NCBI RefSeq assembly: GCF_963921235.1
Contig: NC_086108.1
Coordinates: 108,998,001 to 109,062,000, forward strand
DNA from: Mobula hypostoma
Lineage: Eukaryota
Direction of reading: 5' to 3'
Length of the DNA stretch: 64,000 bases
The position numbers and the translations under genes were made by a program. This document shows positions 12,279 through 25,112 of this stretch, piece after piece (within the stretch, counting starts at the first letter, position 1; the number at the start of each line of letters is the position of its first letter). The notes beneath the pieces are model-generated. The model saw only the letters and a program-made list of their open reading frames with translations, made no database searches and was not told the origin of the DNA.

Positions 12279-13227
12279 AAAGTAATGTTTTATTACCCTT
12301 TGCACATGTACAGAATCACCTTTGTTTGTGGGTCCTTCTTCCTGCTGAATCAGAGAAGTACAATAAATAAATTTTAAAATATTTTCACTACAACTTGTGA
12401 AAAAATCTATTTCTAGGACAGTAAGTGCACAAGAACAGACCTTTTGGCCAATCCTGACTGTGCTGATCATGGTGTCAATAAAACGCACATATACGTGCAC
12501 TTGGTCTATATCTCTTCATTTCCTGTCTGTTCATGAGTCTGTCTGAAATACCTGTTAAGTGTTTCTATCATATGTGCATCTACCATCACCCCTGGCAGAA
12601 CATTCCCGGCACTCACCACCCTCTTGGTAAAAACCTTGCCTCATACTGTATATCACTTCTAAACGTTCCCTCTCAAACCTTAAGTACATGCCCTCTAATA
12701 TTTGCTGTTCTCGCCCTGGGAAAAGATGTTGAGTCTCTACTCTAAATATACCTCTGCTGCACCTCCTCGGGAGGCTGAAGAAATTTGACATAACCCTGAA
12801 ACATCCTATCTGGGTGCATCATGGTAACTGCTGTGTCCTAGAAAGCAAAGGGTTGTGGGCACAGCTCAGCAGGTCACGGAAACCAGCCTCCCTCCATGGA
12901 CTCTGTCTACAGTTCCCATTATTGCCGAATAGCCGCCAGCATAATCAAAGATTTCACCCACCCCAGACATTCTTTCTTCTCCCCTCTTCCATCAATAGTT
13001 CAATAATTCAATGATTCCATTTAGTATCAGTTATTACCATTTAATATCAGAGAATGTATACAGTATGCAACCTGAAATTCTTACTCTCCGCAGACATCCA
13101 CGAAACAGATGAAAGCCCCTAAAGATTGAATAACAGAGAAAGTGTAAGAACCCCAAAGCCCTCCCCTCCCCCTCCCATGCTCAAGCAGCAGAAAAAGCAT
13201 CAACCCTCCCCCTCCCACTCCCTCAAC

Positions 13228-13680
13228 TTAGAAAACATAGAAACATAGAAAACCTACAGCACAATACAGGCCCTTCGGCCCACAAAGCTGTGCTGAACAT
13301 GTCCCTACCTTAGAACTACCTAGGCTTTACCCATAGCCCTCTAGTTTTCTAAGCTCCATGTAGCCATCCAGAAGTCTCTTAAAAGACCCTATCATATCCG
13401 CCTCCACCACCACCGCCGGCAGCCCATTCCACGCACTCACCACTCTGCATAAAAAACTTACCCCTGACATCTACTCTGTACCTGCCGTCAAGCACCTTAA
13501 AACTATGCCCTCTCATGCTAGCCATTTCAGTCCTGGGGAAAAGCCTCTGACTATCCACACGATCAATGCCTCTCATTATCTTGTACACCTCTGTCAGGTC
13601 ACCTCTCATCCTCCGTCGCTCCAAGGAGAAAAGGCCGAGTTCACTCAACCTGTTTTCATAAGGCATGCTCCCCAATCCAG
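13228..13680 (-). mobile_element. CR1 LINE 3' fragment
   Basis: Minus ORF 13379..13675 LERRRMRGDLTEVYKIMRG; (CATAGAAA)n tail on plus. Confidence 0.9.
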
Positions 13681-15072
13681 ATACTTATTCCAGCAGAAAG
13701 CATCAACACCCCCACCACCAACCATACAAGCAAAAACAAAGACCCAAAGAGATACCATGGTCCACGTCCATCAAAAACCACTGTTCACCAGACAATTCAA
13801 CATGCCACAGGCTCTCTCACTCTCACTCACAGGAGGGCGAGGGGTATATCTGACACAGCGAGAAGATACAAACCTATTTATTTATTTATTAGAATAGGCT
13901 CTTCAAGCTGCACTGTTCCAGATACCTCGCACGGTCCAGTTGGTAGGTTAATTGTTCATTGTAAATTGTCCTGTGATTAGGTTTGGGTTAAATCGGGGGA
14001 TTGTTGGGCGATACAGCTCGAAGGACTGGACAGGGCTGTTCTGCGCTGGATCGCAAGACATGAATAAATCCTTGTCCGAGTGCAAAATGGTGTCTGTTGA
14101 AGATAGGGGCAACAGAAGGAATAGTTGTTCACACTAGTAGATGGTACCTGCTTAAAACTTCGTTCAAAATACAGTAGATGAAAATGTAAATTCCACATGA
14201 TTGACATTTATTGCTAACACAGGGTTTTATTGGTGAAAAAATACTCTCTGGCTTGGATTATAGGAGTACCTACTCTGTTCTTATGGAAACATTCAAGTTC
14301 TATTTATGCGACAGCAGTTCTATTATAATACATCTCTGTACTGAAGGGATTGGATCTGATCGCTGTAAGAAATGTATTCACTCAGTCCTCTGCAGCTGCT
14401 ATGCTCCCATTTACCATAAATCTTTAAATGTCAGTTATATCAGAGAGCGCAGGTGACTAAGCTTATTTTGAGGGGCAAACACAAGAAGGATGTGACAACT
14501 TGTTCATTAACTTGGTGTTATCAGAGTCAAAAGTGCACATTGGCCCGAGTTTGGGTAATATTATAATGAAAATCTCAAATGTCACAAACACAATAAAAGC
14601 AATCTGCAAAAACTGCCCAGAATGTCACATTAAAATATTGTATGTGGAGCCACATTAAAACCAAACAGATTGGATGCCCCCCTTGCTGGAAGTGTCTAAA
14701 TAAGGAGAAACTATAAAAAGGATTAAATGCACTTTATTTATTTGAAAATAAATTGAATTAGCTAGTAGAAAATTGTATAATTTTCAATTTGTCAAGCGAC
14801 TTATGGGAAGCTGTAACTGAATGTTGAGATTGGCAAGTTACTCATGTCTTCTTCTTCTTCCGAGGCAGAACTTCAGGATCAAAGATGGTTCATTACCATT
14901 AATACTCCTCTTAATTCCATTCTCTTGCCTTCGTCACGTAACCTTTGATGTCCTTATTAATCAAGAACCTATTGTTGGATTTTGATATTTTTAAACCAAA
15001 GTTCTTTCAGAAGTTAAAAGGGGCATAAAATGATGATTCACAATTGATGTATTAAGTACTAATAAAAAAGAG

Positions 15073-15426
15073 TGGGGTGGAGATACGTCTCTACTAAAGG
15101 AGGTGTCACGTGCTCCTTCTCTCTGCTAGCCTGCAGGTCACCCTTGGGCAAGGTGTAGCACCTGCTTAACCCCACAGTCACGGTCACGTGAAGCCGTGGT
15201 GGATGGTCATATGAGCAGCTGGCAAGTGCTGGTTAAGCAACCACTGACGCCAGGCAGACAATCTCTGAAGAGTATTGATAATGGATGGGATCACCCGTCT
15301 TGTAAAGACACAGCCCAGGAAAAGGCAATGACAAAGCACTTCTGTAAAACACTTTTGTCAAGAACAATCATGGTCCATGAAAGACAATGATCGCCCATGT
15401 CATACAACATGGCACATAACGAACAA
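15073..15426 (+). mobile_element. RTE-related SINE-like element, copy 1 of 3
   Basis: About 350-bp repeat also at 22627 (+) and 33458 (-); aaggcaatgacaaagcacttctgt resembles the Bov-A/RTE motif GAAGGCAATGGCAACCCACTCC. Confidence 0.7.
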
Positions 15427-16396
15427 CTGGAAAAAAAGAAGGGAAAACAAGAGTAGCAAGAATTTAAGAACAAAGAGTGAAGGGAATGGAAAGACTAAAG
15501 ATAGTGGACCAATGTGCTCAGCCCTTCTTATATCACAGATAGGAGACGTTCCATTCAAATTTGTAGATAAGATTTAACCAATCAGATAGCCCCCATTCAA
15601 ATAAAGTAATACCAAAGAAGCTTCCAGAAAAAAAGAAAGAAATGTACTCACTAGGGGACACACTAAACAATTACACATACATACTGCAACCATTTGGAAA
15701 CATAGTAAACAGCTACCTGTGTAGTGGCTAATTCTAACCTAACCAAATTTCCATGGCTGGCGACCCCCACAGATTTGTTATACCTGTATAATGCACCTTC
15801 AGCTCCAAAAATGAGTGTTCCAAAGTTGAAGATATGTATTTGATCTTTTATTAGCAATTAGCAAACATAAAATCATGAAGCGATGTACCCGAGTGTAAGT
15901 TAAGCGTATTTGAGTGTTCAATAAAAGATACGACATCCGTCGGTCCACAACCACAAACTGCCATGAGCAAAGCACAAATATTCCCGACCAGTTACCACAA
16001 TAAATGCACAACACAGAAATGCAGATATAGGACAATTGCATGGCTTCTACAACATGCATCAATGTAATGACATAAAATGTAAATCGGCATGAAAAAGTTG
16101 AACTGCAAAGGAAATAACAAATGGATAATCTAATCTAATACTATCAGCCTCCACTTCAAATATAGCCAATGACATGGCCACCACAGCACAGAGACCATTC
16201 AGCCCATCGTGGTGATCATTAAAGGCATCGTCGCCACATCCTCACGTGGAGCGCAGTGCTCAGGTACTCTTTCCAGTTACATACAAGGATTGACCAAGTT
16301 GTATCCCCAGATTAGTTTGGTTTTTTTATTGCACTAGAGTGCAATGAAATTCCTTTCTTGTATGAGGCTCACAGAGTGAACACCGTACATGGTAAT

Positions 16397-17060
16397 GATG
16401 TTGGTTGTCCATTGTGTCCAACGATGACAGGAAACCTGAGTGGGACAGTATTTAAGTGAAAAGCCATCGCACTGGAGCAGTTCCACTCTTTCCACCTTGG
16501 AAGTCCGGGTCCAGTCGTATGAGTCGTTGTCACAACTGCATTATTCTTTGGATGCTACTTTTTTTTTGTCTTTTTGCACTACTTATTAATTTTAACTTTT
16601 TAAAATATTTACATACTTCTTACTCTAATTCACCGCTTTTATTATAATGTATTGCATTGTACTGCTGCCTTATAACAACAAATTTCACAACATATAACAG
16701 TGATATCAAACCTAATTCTGATTCTTCTGACCATGACTTCTTCTGCGCCTCATCAAGCTCTTCGCTCTCCACGGAGCGATGCAGACCCACCATCCTAGCC
16801 ATTGGATCTCTTTGTTCATCTCATCTGCCCAGTCCACCGGACCCGACTTGGCATGTTAGGACCGGCATGTTCCTGTCTCACTGCGGTATGAGGCCTGCCA
16901 CCGACCTTCACATGGATTGGCCCGCCTGTCAAAATGATCTACCCGGTGGTGGCCACGTTTGCAGACATCTATTTGGAGCCAGAGGTGAGAGCTGAGCGTC
17001 CGGTGGGGACCAAAGCTGAGTGATATGTCATTTCAGCAGAGGTGCCCCTCCTCCCTAGAC
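16397..17060 (-). mobile_element. Decayed relative of the 41667-42231 element, interrupted by an AT-rich LINE tail (about 16550-16730)
   Basis: Reverse complement of ggagccagaggtgagagctgagcgtccggtggggaccaaag aligns with 41749-41789. Confidence 0.55.
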
Positions 17061-17686
17061 TTATGGAGTAACAGTTACTTACTGTCCATTATGCCTGCTG
17101 GCATTTAGGTTCTTCATCTTAGTCCGCCCTTGGTCAGGGAATTTCATTCATCTTGTTAGTAGATTCCTCACAGTTTTCACTACCATCAGCCATTGAAGCC
17201 CCAGAAGAAGACTCAGAAATACTGTCGTGCACAGATGCAGAAAGGTTCTTCATTGTTGTTTCTGTAACAATTTTAGTTGACTCGTCGGAGTTGGTAGCCC
17301 TGAGCTGAACTTGGGGGACCAGTGAACCTCTGGTAGTCTGGTCTCTACCATTTGATTTAACCATGGGTGCCCCTACCAAGAGCCAAGGCGTAAAGCCCTG
17401 ACTCCAGCCAACATAGCTCTCTGAGTCATTGAGGGATGCAAGCCTCCAAACCACAACAAGGTTGTGATCTGCTTGGAGGATGGAGTGATAATCAATAAAC
17501 AATAAAATTATGTACAGGAGCCCAGGACTCACAACACCAGGTTCAGGAACAGCTATTACCTTATTACCCCTGGGTCATCAGGCTCCTGAACCAGATGGGA
17601 TAACTTCACCCAACTTCATTTGTTCCATCGTTGAAATGTTCCCACAACCCATTGACTCCCTTCAAGGAATCCTCATCTTATGTTGA

Positions 17687-18375
17687 TGTGGCCTTCTATA
17701 TATTGGCAAGACCCGACGCAGACCGGGAGATCGTTTCGCTGAACACCTACGCTCTGTCCGCCAGAGAAAGCAGGATCTCCCAGTGGCCACACATTTTAAT
17801 TCCACATCCCATTCCCATTCTGATATGTCTATCCACGGCCTCCTCTACTGTAAAGATGAAGCCACACTCAGGTTGGAGGAACAACACCTTATATTCCGTC
17901 TGGGTAGCCTCCAACCTGATGGCATGAACACTGACTCCTCAAACTTCTGCTAATGCCCCACCTCCCCCTCGTACCCCATCCGTTATTTATTTTTATACAC
18001 ACATTCTTTCTCTCTCCTTTTCCTCCCTCTGTCCCTCTGACTATACCCCTTGCCCATCCTCTGTTCCCCCCCCCCCTTGTCTTTCTTCCCGGACCTCCTG
18101 TCCCATGATTCTCTCATATCCCCTTTGCCTATCACCTGTCCAGCTCTTGGCTCCATCCCTCCCCCTCCTGTCTTCTCCTATCATTTTGGATCTCCCCCTC
18201 CCCCTCCAACTTTCAAATCTCTTACTCACTCTTCCTTCAGTTAGTCCTGACGAAGGGTCCCAGACTGAAACATCGACTGTACATCTTCCTAGAGATGCTG
18301 CCTGGCCTGCTGCGTTCACCAGGAACTTTTATGTGTGTTGCTTGAAATTCCAGCATCTGCAGATTTCCTCGTGTT
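17687..18375 (+). mobile_element. 5'-truncated Penelope-like element: GIY-YIG C-terminus plus terminal repeat
   Basis: Open frame 17687-17953 (absent from ORF track) CGLLYIGKTRRRPGDRFAEHLRSV...VATHFN...LRLEEQHLIFRLGSLQPDGMN...NFC*; then a pyrimidine-rich UTR and hammerhead-like core at 18243-18278. Confidence 0.9.
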
Positions 18376-18849
18376 CACGTTCTCGATATTTATTGCTTAT
18401 TTATTTATTATTATTATTTCTTTCTTTTTGTATTTGCACAGTTTGTTGTGTTTTGCACACTGGTTGAATGCCCAGGTCGGTGCAGTATTTCTTTGATTCT
18501 ATTATGGTTATTATTCCATGTCTGATTTATTGAGTATGAATGCAAGGTAATGAATCTCAGGGTTGTGTAGGGTGATACATACGTAAGTACAGGTACTTTG
18601 ATAATAAATGAACTTTGATGAGCGGAAGACAACAGAAAGGTGCAAAGGTAAAATAGTGAAGCCAGAGGGAGTGCAAACAAAATGATAAAATGAAAATAAT
18701 GGAAGAGGTAGACATAAGAGTTTGAGAAGGTGGAAGCACCACTACAGAAGTGGATATGAAAGAGGTGACTGAAAGAGGTTCAGGAGTCTGACAGCAGTGG
18801 GGAAGAATCTGTTCCTGAGTCTAGTCGTCTGGGCTATCAAGCTCTTCTA

Positions 18850-19110
18850 CCAGAGGTAAAACTGGAGGTCATGGTTTAAGGGCAAAAGGTTAAATGTTTA
18901 ACGGGAACATGAGGGGGAACTTCTTCACTCAAAGGGTGGAGAGAGTGTGGAATGAGATGCCAGTGGAAGTGGTAGATGTGGTTTGATTTCAACATTTAAG
19001 AAAAATTTTGATAGGTACATGGATTGGAGGGGTGTGGAAGGTGATTGTCCTGGTGCAGTTTGATAGGGCTATGCATGGTCTAGATAGGCTAAAGGGACTG
19101 TTTCGGTGCT
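18850..19110 (+). mobile_element. CR1 3' fragment
   Basis: ggtcatggtttaaggg...ttcttcactcaaagggtg...gtgtggaatgag, similar to 62745-62960. Confidence 0.75.
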
Positions 19111-19866
19111 GTAGTGCTCCATAATTCTATAAAATCGGTGCCTTGGATACCCTTGCAATCCACAGAGCTGAAAACTACCATCTAGCTGGCATATATATTT
19201 AGATTTGTAAGGGTTCGGAGCAGCTTTCTAGCTTTTCCATTCAATGTGTCTGCATACCCAACACTGAACTGCAGAAAAGAAATGTGATTTTGATTGCTAT
19301 ATTACCCTGTCGCTTGAAAGCAATGGGATTTCCAGCACTGCTGAATTGGATATCAGCTTCCCGATATGGTCATTACATGCTTCATTCAAAATCATGCCTG
19401 CTACATCCCAGACAGCAGGACAGGAAAAAGACAACTTACACTTGATGGAAGTTAACCTTCAAAATATCTGCCTCAACCGTGATGCTGATGATCATAACAA
19501 ATTAAAAATAATTAAAATCAAACTACTTGCTGTAGGTTTCACTACCTCCCACTTTTATGTATTATAAATTAAAGTCAAGGTTGTTTAATCACGTACAAGA
19601 GAAAATCTGCAGATGCTGGAAATCTGTGTGCATTGTCAAGATTGCTTAATGTCATTTCCAGGACACAAGTGTAAAGGAGAACGAAATAATTATTTCAGAT
19701 CCAAACCAGCACAAAAAAAAACTCACACAAGATAAAGCACACAATAATAATAATTTTAAAATCAACCATAAATATAAATACATAAGATAGCTTATTGATT
19801 GTATGTTTGTAAAATAAATATCCAGGATAAATATAGTTGTCTTGCAGGCAGTTTACATACTTTTCA

Positions 19867-21490
19867 ATACCTTATACTTTATTGTCGCCAAACAATTGAT
19901 ACTAGGACGTACAATCATCACAGCGATATTTGATTCTGTGCTTCCCACTCCCTGGATTACAAATCGATAGTAAATATTAAAAATTTAAATTATAAATCAT
20001 AAATAGCAAAATTAGAAAAATGGAAAGTAAGGTAGTACAGAAAAACTGAGATGCAGGTCCGGATATTTGGAGGGTACGGCCCAGATCCGGGTCAGGATCC
20101 GTTCAGCAGTCTTATCACAGTTGGAAAGAAGCTGTTCCCAAATCTGGCCATACAAGTCTTCAGACTCCTGAGCCTTCTCCCGGAGGGAAGAGGGACGAAA
20201 AGTCTGTTGGCTGGGTGGGTCGTGTCCTTGATTATCCTGGCAGCACCGCTCCGACAGCGTGCGGTATAAAGTGAGTCCAAGGACGGAAGATTGGTTTGTG
20301 TAATGTGCTGCGCTATGTTCACGATCTTCTGCAGCTTCTTCCGATCTTGGACAGGACAACTTCCATACCAGGTTATGATGCACCCTAGAAGAATGCTTTC
20401 TACGGTGCATCTATAAAAATTAGTGAGGGTTTTAGGGGACAGGCCAAATTTCTTCAGTTTTTTCAGGAAGTAAAGGCACTGGTGGGCCTTCTTGGCAGTG
20501 GACTCTGCTTGGTTGGACCAAGTTAGGTCATTTGTGATATTGACCCCGAGGAACTTAAAGCTTTTGACCTGTTCCACTCGCGCACCACCGATGTAAATGG
20601 GGTCGTGCGGTCCGCTACTCCTTCTGAAGTCAACAACCAATTCCTTCATCTTGCTGACGTTGAGGGATAGGTTATTGTCTTCACACCATGCCACCAGGTT
20701 CTTAATTTCTTCTCTGTACTCAAACTTATCATTACCTGAGATACGGCCTACAATTGTTGTGTCATCAGCAAACTTATATAATGAGTTTGATGGAAACTTG
20801 GCTACACAATCATGGGTGTACAGTGAGTACAGCAGGGGGCTGAGTACACAGCCTTGCGGGGCACCGGTGCTCAGAGTGATTGTAGAGGAGAGCTTGTCCC
20901 CTATTTTTACAGCCTGGGTTCTGTCTGTGAGGAAGTTGAAAATCCAACTGCAGATCTGAGTGCTAAGGCCCAGGTTCCGGAGCTTAGGAATCAGTTTATT
21001 TGGAATGATGGTATTAAAGGCAGAGCTGTAGTCAATGAAAAGGAGCCGTACGTATGCGTCTTTATTCTCCAGGTGTTCTAAGGAGGAATGTAGGGCCAGA
21101 GAGGTGGCATCTGCTGTTGACCTGTTGCTCCGGTAGGTGAATTGCAAAGTGTCGAGGTTGACCAGTAGGCTGTGGTTGAAGTGTACCATAACCAATCTCT
21201 CGAAGCACTTCATAGCAATTGGTCAGAGCCACAGATTGATAGTCATTCAGGCATGCCACCTTGCTCTTCTTCAGCACTGGGATTATTGTTGCCTTCTTAA
21301 AACACGAGGGGATCTTAGACTGAAGCAAGGAGCAGCTGAAGATGTCAGCAAACACTCCAGCTAGCTCGCTTGCACAGGCCCGGAGAACCCGTCCCGAGAC
21401 GCCATCTGGGCCCGTCGCTTTCCTTGGATTTATCTTCAGGAAGGCCCTTCTAACGTCCTCCTCGGTGACGATGAATCTCGATGCCACCAG
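19867..21490 (-). mobile_element. Rex1/Babar LINE, 5'-truncated, with a 373-aa open RT/C-terminal frame
   Basis: ORF 20092..21213 [38 protein letters not shown]; upstream KATGPDG/TIIPVLKK joined by a frameshift; tail at about 19870. Confidence 0.95.
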
Positions 21491-21566
21491 TGGACTAGTT
21501 TTCTAATACATGTGTTAGAATGAGAGTCGACAAAGGTATTAAATGATAACAATAGCTCAGAATTCC

Positions 21567-21830
21567 ATAAACACAAGAAATTTTGCAGATACTGGGAAAT
21601 CCAGAGCAACAGACAAAAAAATGCTGGAGGAACTCAGCTGGTCAGGCAGCGTCGATAGAAAAGGGGAAACAGTCAATGTTTCGGGTCATCACCTTTCTTC
21701 GGGACTGGAAAGGAAAGGGGAAGAAGCCAGAGTAAGAAGGTGAGGGGTGGGGAGGGGGAGGATTACAAGTTAGAAAGTGATAGGGCTACAGTGAGAAGCT
21801 GGGAGGTGATAGGTGAACAAGCTGAAGGAG
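21567..21830 (-). mobile_element. PLE terminal-repeat fragment
   Basis: atgctggaggaactcagctggtcaggcagc...cagtcaatgtttcggg...ggactggaaagg is a reverse-oriented terminal repeat. Confidence 0.7.
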
Positions 21831-22626
21831 TGAAAGGTCTCTGCCACTATAGGAAACATCCTTTCCAGATCCAAACTACCTAGGCCTTTCAATATTTGAC
21901 AGGTTTCAGTGAGACCTTCCCTCATTTAACACCACTGACTTTTGTGTCATCTGCAACTTACTAACATACCCTTTCAATTCTTCAACCAAGTTCTCTGACA
22001 CTGAAGGCCGGCGAGATTTGTTCTGTCTTCATCTCGTTTTATCAGCAAAAACATTCTTGGTAAGATATGTTGGCTTTAGTTGACCCGTGTAGGTGGTACT
22101 AATTTCTGATCGATCCAGAGAAGGCTGTGAATTTAATTTATTTTTAACTATCTGTATTCTTAGATTCTTAAATTAGTAAGCAATCTCGGGCTTCTTTGGG
22201 AGAAAGGATGCATATTTTTCTGCACCTTTTTTCCTGTTCTCCATTATAGCTGTGTGTCAGCGATATTTTGCTGACACAGTGTTGGTTTCAGCACCTGGGG
22301 CATTGTTTTGCCCTCGTTTTTAGCTCTTGAAAGGAAGTCCTCGATCATTTCTATTTGCTCTAATGTGACTTGATAGAGGTGTATATGATGGGAAGAGGCA
22401 TGGATTGAGCGGACAGCCAGAGACTTAATCACAGGGCGAAAGGACAGTACGGAGAGTATTGGGTGGAAAGTACAGAGGTAGGTTTTTACACATGGGGTGG
22501 TGGATGTGTAGAACATGCTGCCAGGATTACTAGTAGATGAGACAGGTACATTAAAGACATTAAGAGACTCTTAGATAGGCCTTTGGATGATAGAAAAATG
22601 GAGGGCTATGTGGGAAGGGAGTGGCA

Positions 22627-22997
22627 GGGTGGAGATATGTATCCACCAAAGAAGTTTTAAGGCACTCCTTCCCTCTGCTAGCCTGCAGGTCATCCTTGGG
22701 CAAAGTGTAGCACCTGCTTAGCACCCCCCCCCCGCCGCCCCGATCAGGGTCACGTGAAGTCATGGGAGCAGGTGGTGGATGGTCGTATGAGCAGCTGGTG
22801 CATATCACAAGTCCTGGTTATGCAACCACTGATACCAGGCAGACAATCTCTGAAGAGTATTGATAATGGGTGGAGGTCACCCATCTTGTAAAGTCACTGC
22901 CCAGAAGAAGGCAATGGCAAGCCACTTCTGTAGAGAAAGTTGCCAAGAACAATCATGGTCGTGGAGAGACCTTGACTGACTAGGTCATGTGGCACAA
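22627..22997 (+). mobile_element. RTE-related SINE-like element, copy 2, inserted in a CR1 3' end (about 22430-23120)
   Basis: Aligns with 15073-15426; contains agaagaaggcaatggcaagccacttctg. Confidence 0.75.
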
Positions 22998-23849
22998 TCT
23001 GTGGAGGAACGGGATAGATTGCTCGTAGAGTAGACTAAATGGTCGGCAGAACATCATGTGCCGAAGGGTCTATACTGTGCTATAATGCTGTCAGTTCTAG
23101 GTTCTAGGCTCTATGTTCTGAAGCATAAATCCCAAGCAGCTCGAGAAAAGTTTCTGGGAGACACAAGTGTTGATAGATGCTGTAATTTGGAATCTAGAAG
23201 TAGGGCCTTTCCCTCTGCCTCCACAGATGCTGACTGACCTTTTTTGAGTTCCTACAGATTTTTGCATGAAACATGCCTCTTATTGTATTGGGAATGACTT
23301 GTTATGTCATATGTACTGAGATGCAGTGAAAAGCTGTCATCCAAACGGGGGGGCGGAAATGAAATTGATTGTGGGGGGAGGGGGAAGAGGACCAATCTCC
23401 ATCAGGCTTCAACTTCCAGACCTCCGATCAACCTCCTGGTACAGACAAGCGGATGGTAGGACCTCGAAGAGCTGATGAACTCCAGGCTTGAACAATTGTA
23501 ATAGAAGTAACGCAGAGAGCAACATGGGGCAAGTCACCATGGCTCCTCTGCCATCTTGCATTCCTACCCAAACAATACTAAAGAAACTGCATGAAGTTTC
23601 ACAAGAATATGGACCACTCAGTGGTACTCTACAACTCCGGCTTCTCTGAGAATCGTCACCTTGTCATGGTGGAGAGACTTGAGAGTTCCTGAGATCCCGA
23701 GAGCGATGCTGTTTGGAGATTCGCTGCAGGTAGGGTCGCCCATGGCAATAAGGTCAACAGGGACGTTGCAGACGAAGTGCCATCCAACCAAAGTTCAAAA
23801 AGTCAAAAGTTCAAAGTAAATTTATTATCAAAGTAAAATACATGTAAGT

Positions 23850-24512
23850 CTAGTTCAGTTCAGTTTTTGCTTATTGTCATTTAGAAATGCATGCATTAAA
23901 AAATGATACAATGTTCCTCCAGAATGATATCACAAGAAAACACAGGACAAACCAAGATTAAAACTGACAAAACCACATAATTATAACATATAGTTACAAC
24001 AGTGCAAAGCAATACCATACTTTGAGAAAGAGCAGACCATGGGCACGGTAAAAAAAAGTCTCAAAGTCCCGATAGACTCATCATCTCACGCAGGCGGCAG
24101 AAGGGAGGAACTCTCCCCGCTATGAAACTCCAAGCGCCGCCAACTCACCGATGCAGCACCATTGGAAGCACCCGACCGCAGCGGATTCTGAGTCGGTCCG
24201 AAAACTTCGAGCCTCCGACCAGCCCCCCCGACACAGCCTCTCCGAGCAACATCCTCTGCCGAGCGCTTTGACCCTGCCCCGGCCGCCGAGCAACAAGCAA
24301 AGCCGAGGACTCGGGGCCTTCCCCTCCGGAGATTCTGGACCACACAGTAGCAGCAGCAGCGAAGCAGGCATTTCAGAAGTTTCACCAGATGTTCCACTGT
24401 GCTCTCACGTCCATCTCCATCAAACCAGGATTGTGCACAGCACCCTACTTGACAAATAACAGGCATCACCACCGGACTGGCTGCTGCGAGCTGCGTTGCG
24501 CCGCCATCTTCT
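23850..24512 (-). mobile_element. CpG-rich non-autonomous retroelement with a 5' YY1-type motif
   Basis: Minus strand begins AAGATGGCGGC (24500-24510), has a CpG-rich body, AT-rich 3' part and (ACTGA)n tail; interrupts another repeat tail. Confidence 0.6.
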
Positions 24513-25112
24513 CGCCGCTGCTTACAAACTTGGGATTTATTTTCTTGCAGGCGTTCCCCGTAACTACAAGAAGCACAATTGAATCAATGAGAGACCTGCA
24601 GGATATACAACAACCAATGTACAAAACACAACAAACTGTGCAAATCCAAAAAGAAAGAAAAAATATAATAATAAAGAAGCAATAAATATTGAGAACAGGC
24701 AATGAAGAGTTCTTGAAAGTGAGTCCATAAATTGAGGGAACAGTTCAGTGATGGGACGAGTGAAAGTCTCAGTGGTGGAGTTGGCAGAAAATGACAACAC
24801 ATCACAATGGCTGTAAAGGCAGAGGAAGGTTGCTGCAGTGAAGCTTCCTCTTTCATCTTGCATTCCTGGCCCCGATCTGTCAACCTCCAGATGAAGAACC
24901 ATCCAACCAAGACCTCAACGGTGGAGCTGGTGGAAGATGACGACACATCAGAATGGCAGTGAAGCTGGAGAAAGGCTGCAACAGTGGATGGTCTTATGTC
25001 ATTTTGGATGCCATGCCACAGGAGTCTGATCCTGATCTGTCAAGGACCATGTGGTGGCTGTCCATGCATCAGCCTCTCTAAGTTAAACAAAGTCACGCAC
25101 AGACATTCTCCG

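Noticed and set aside
15646..15860. Minus-strand coding exon ending at a GTGAGT donor
   Set aside because: No convincing acceptor and no recognisable peptide in any frame.
20092..21213. Domesticated or active RT gene
   Set aside because: 5'-truncated LINE copy with an upstream frameshift and no endonuclease domain; the open frame is explained by recent insertion.
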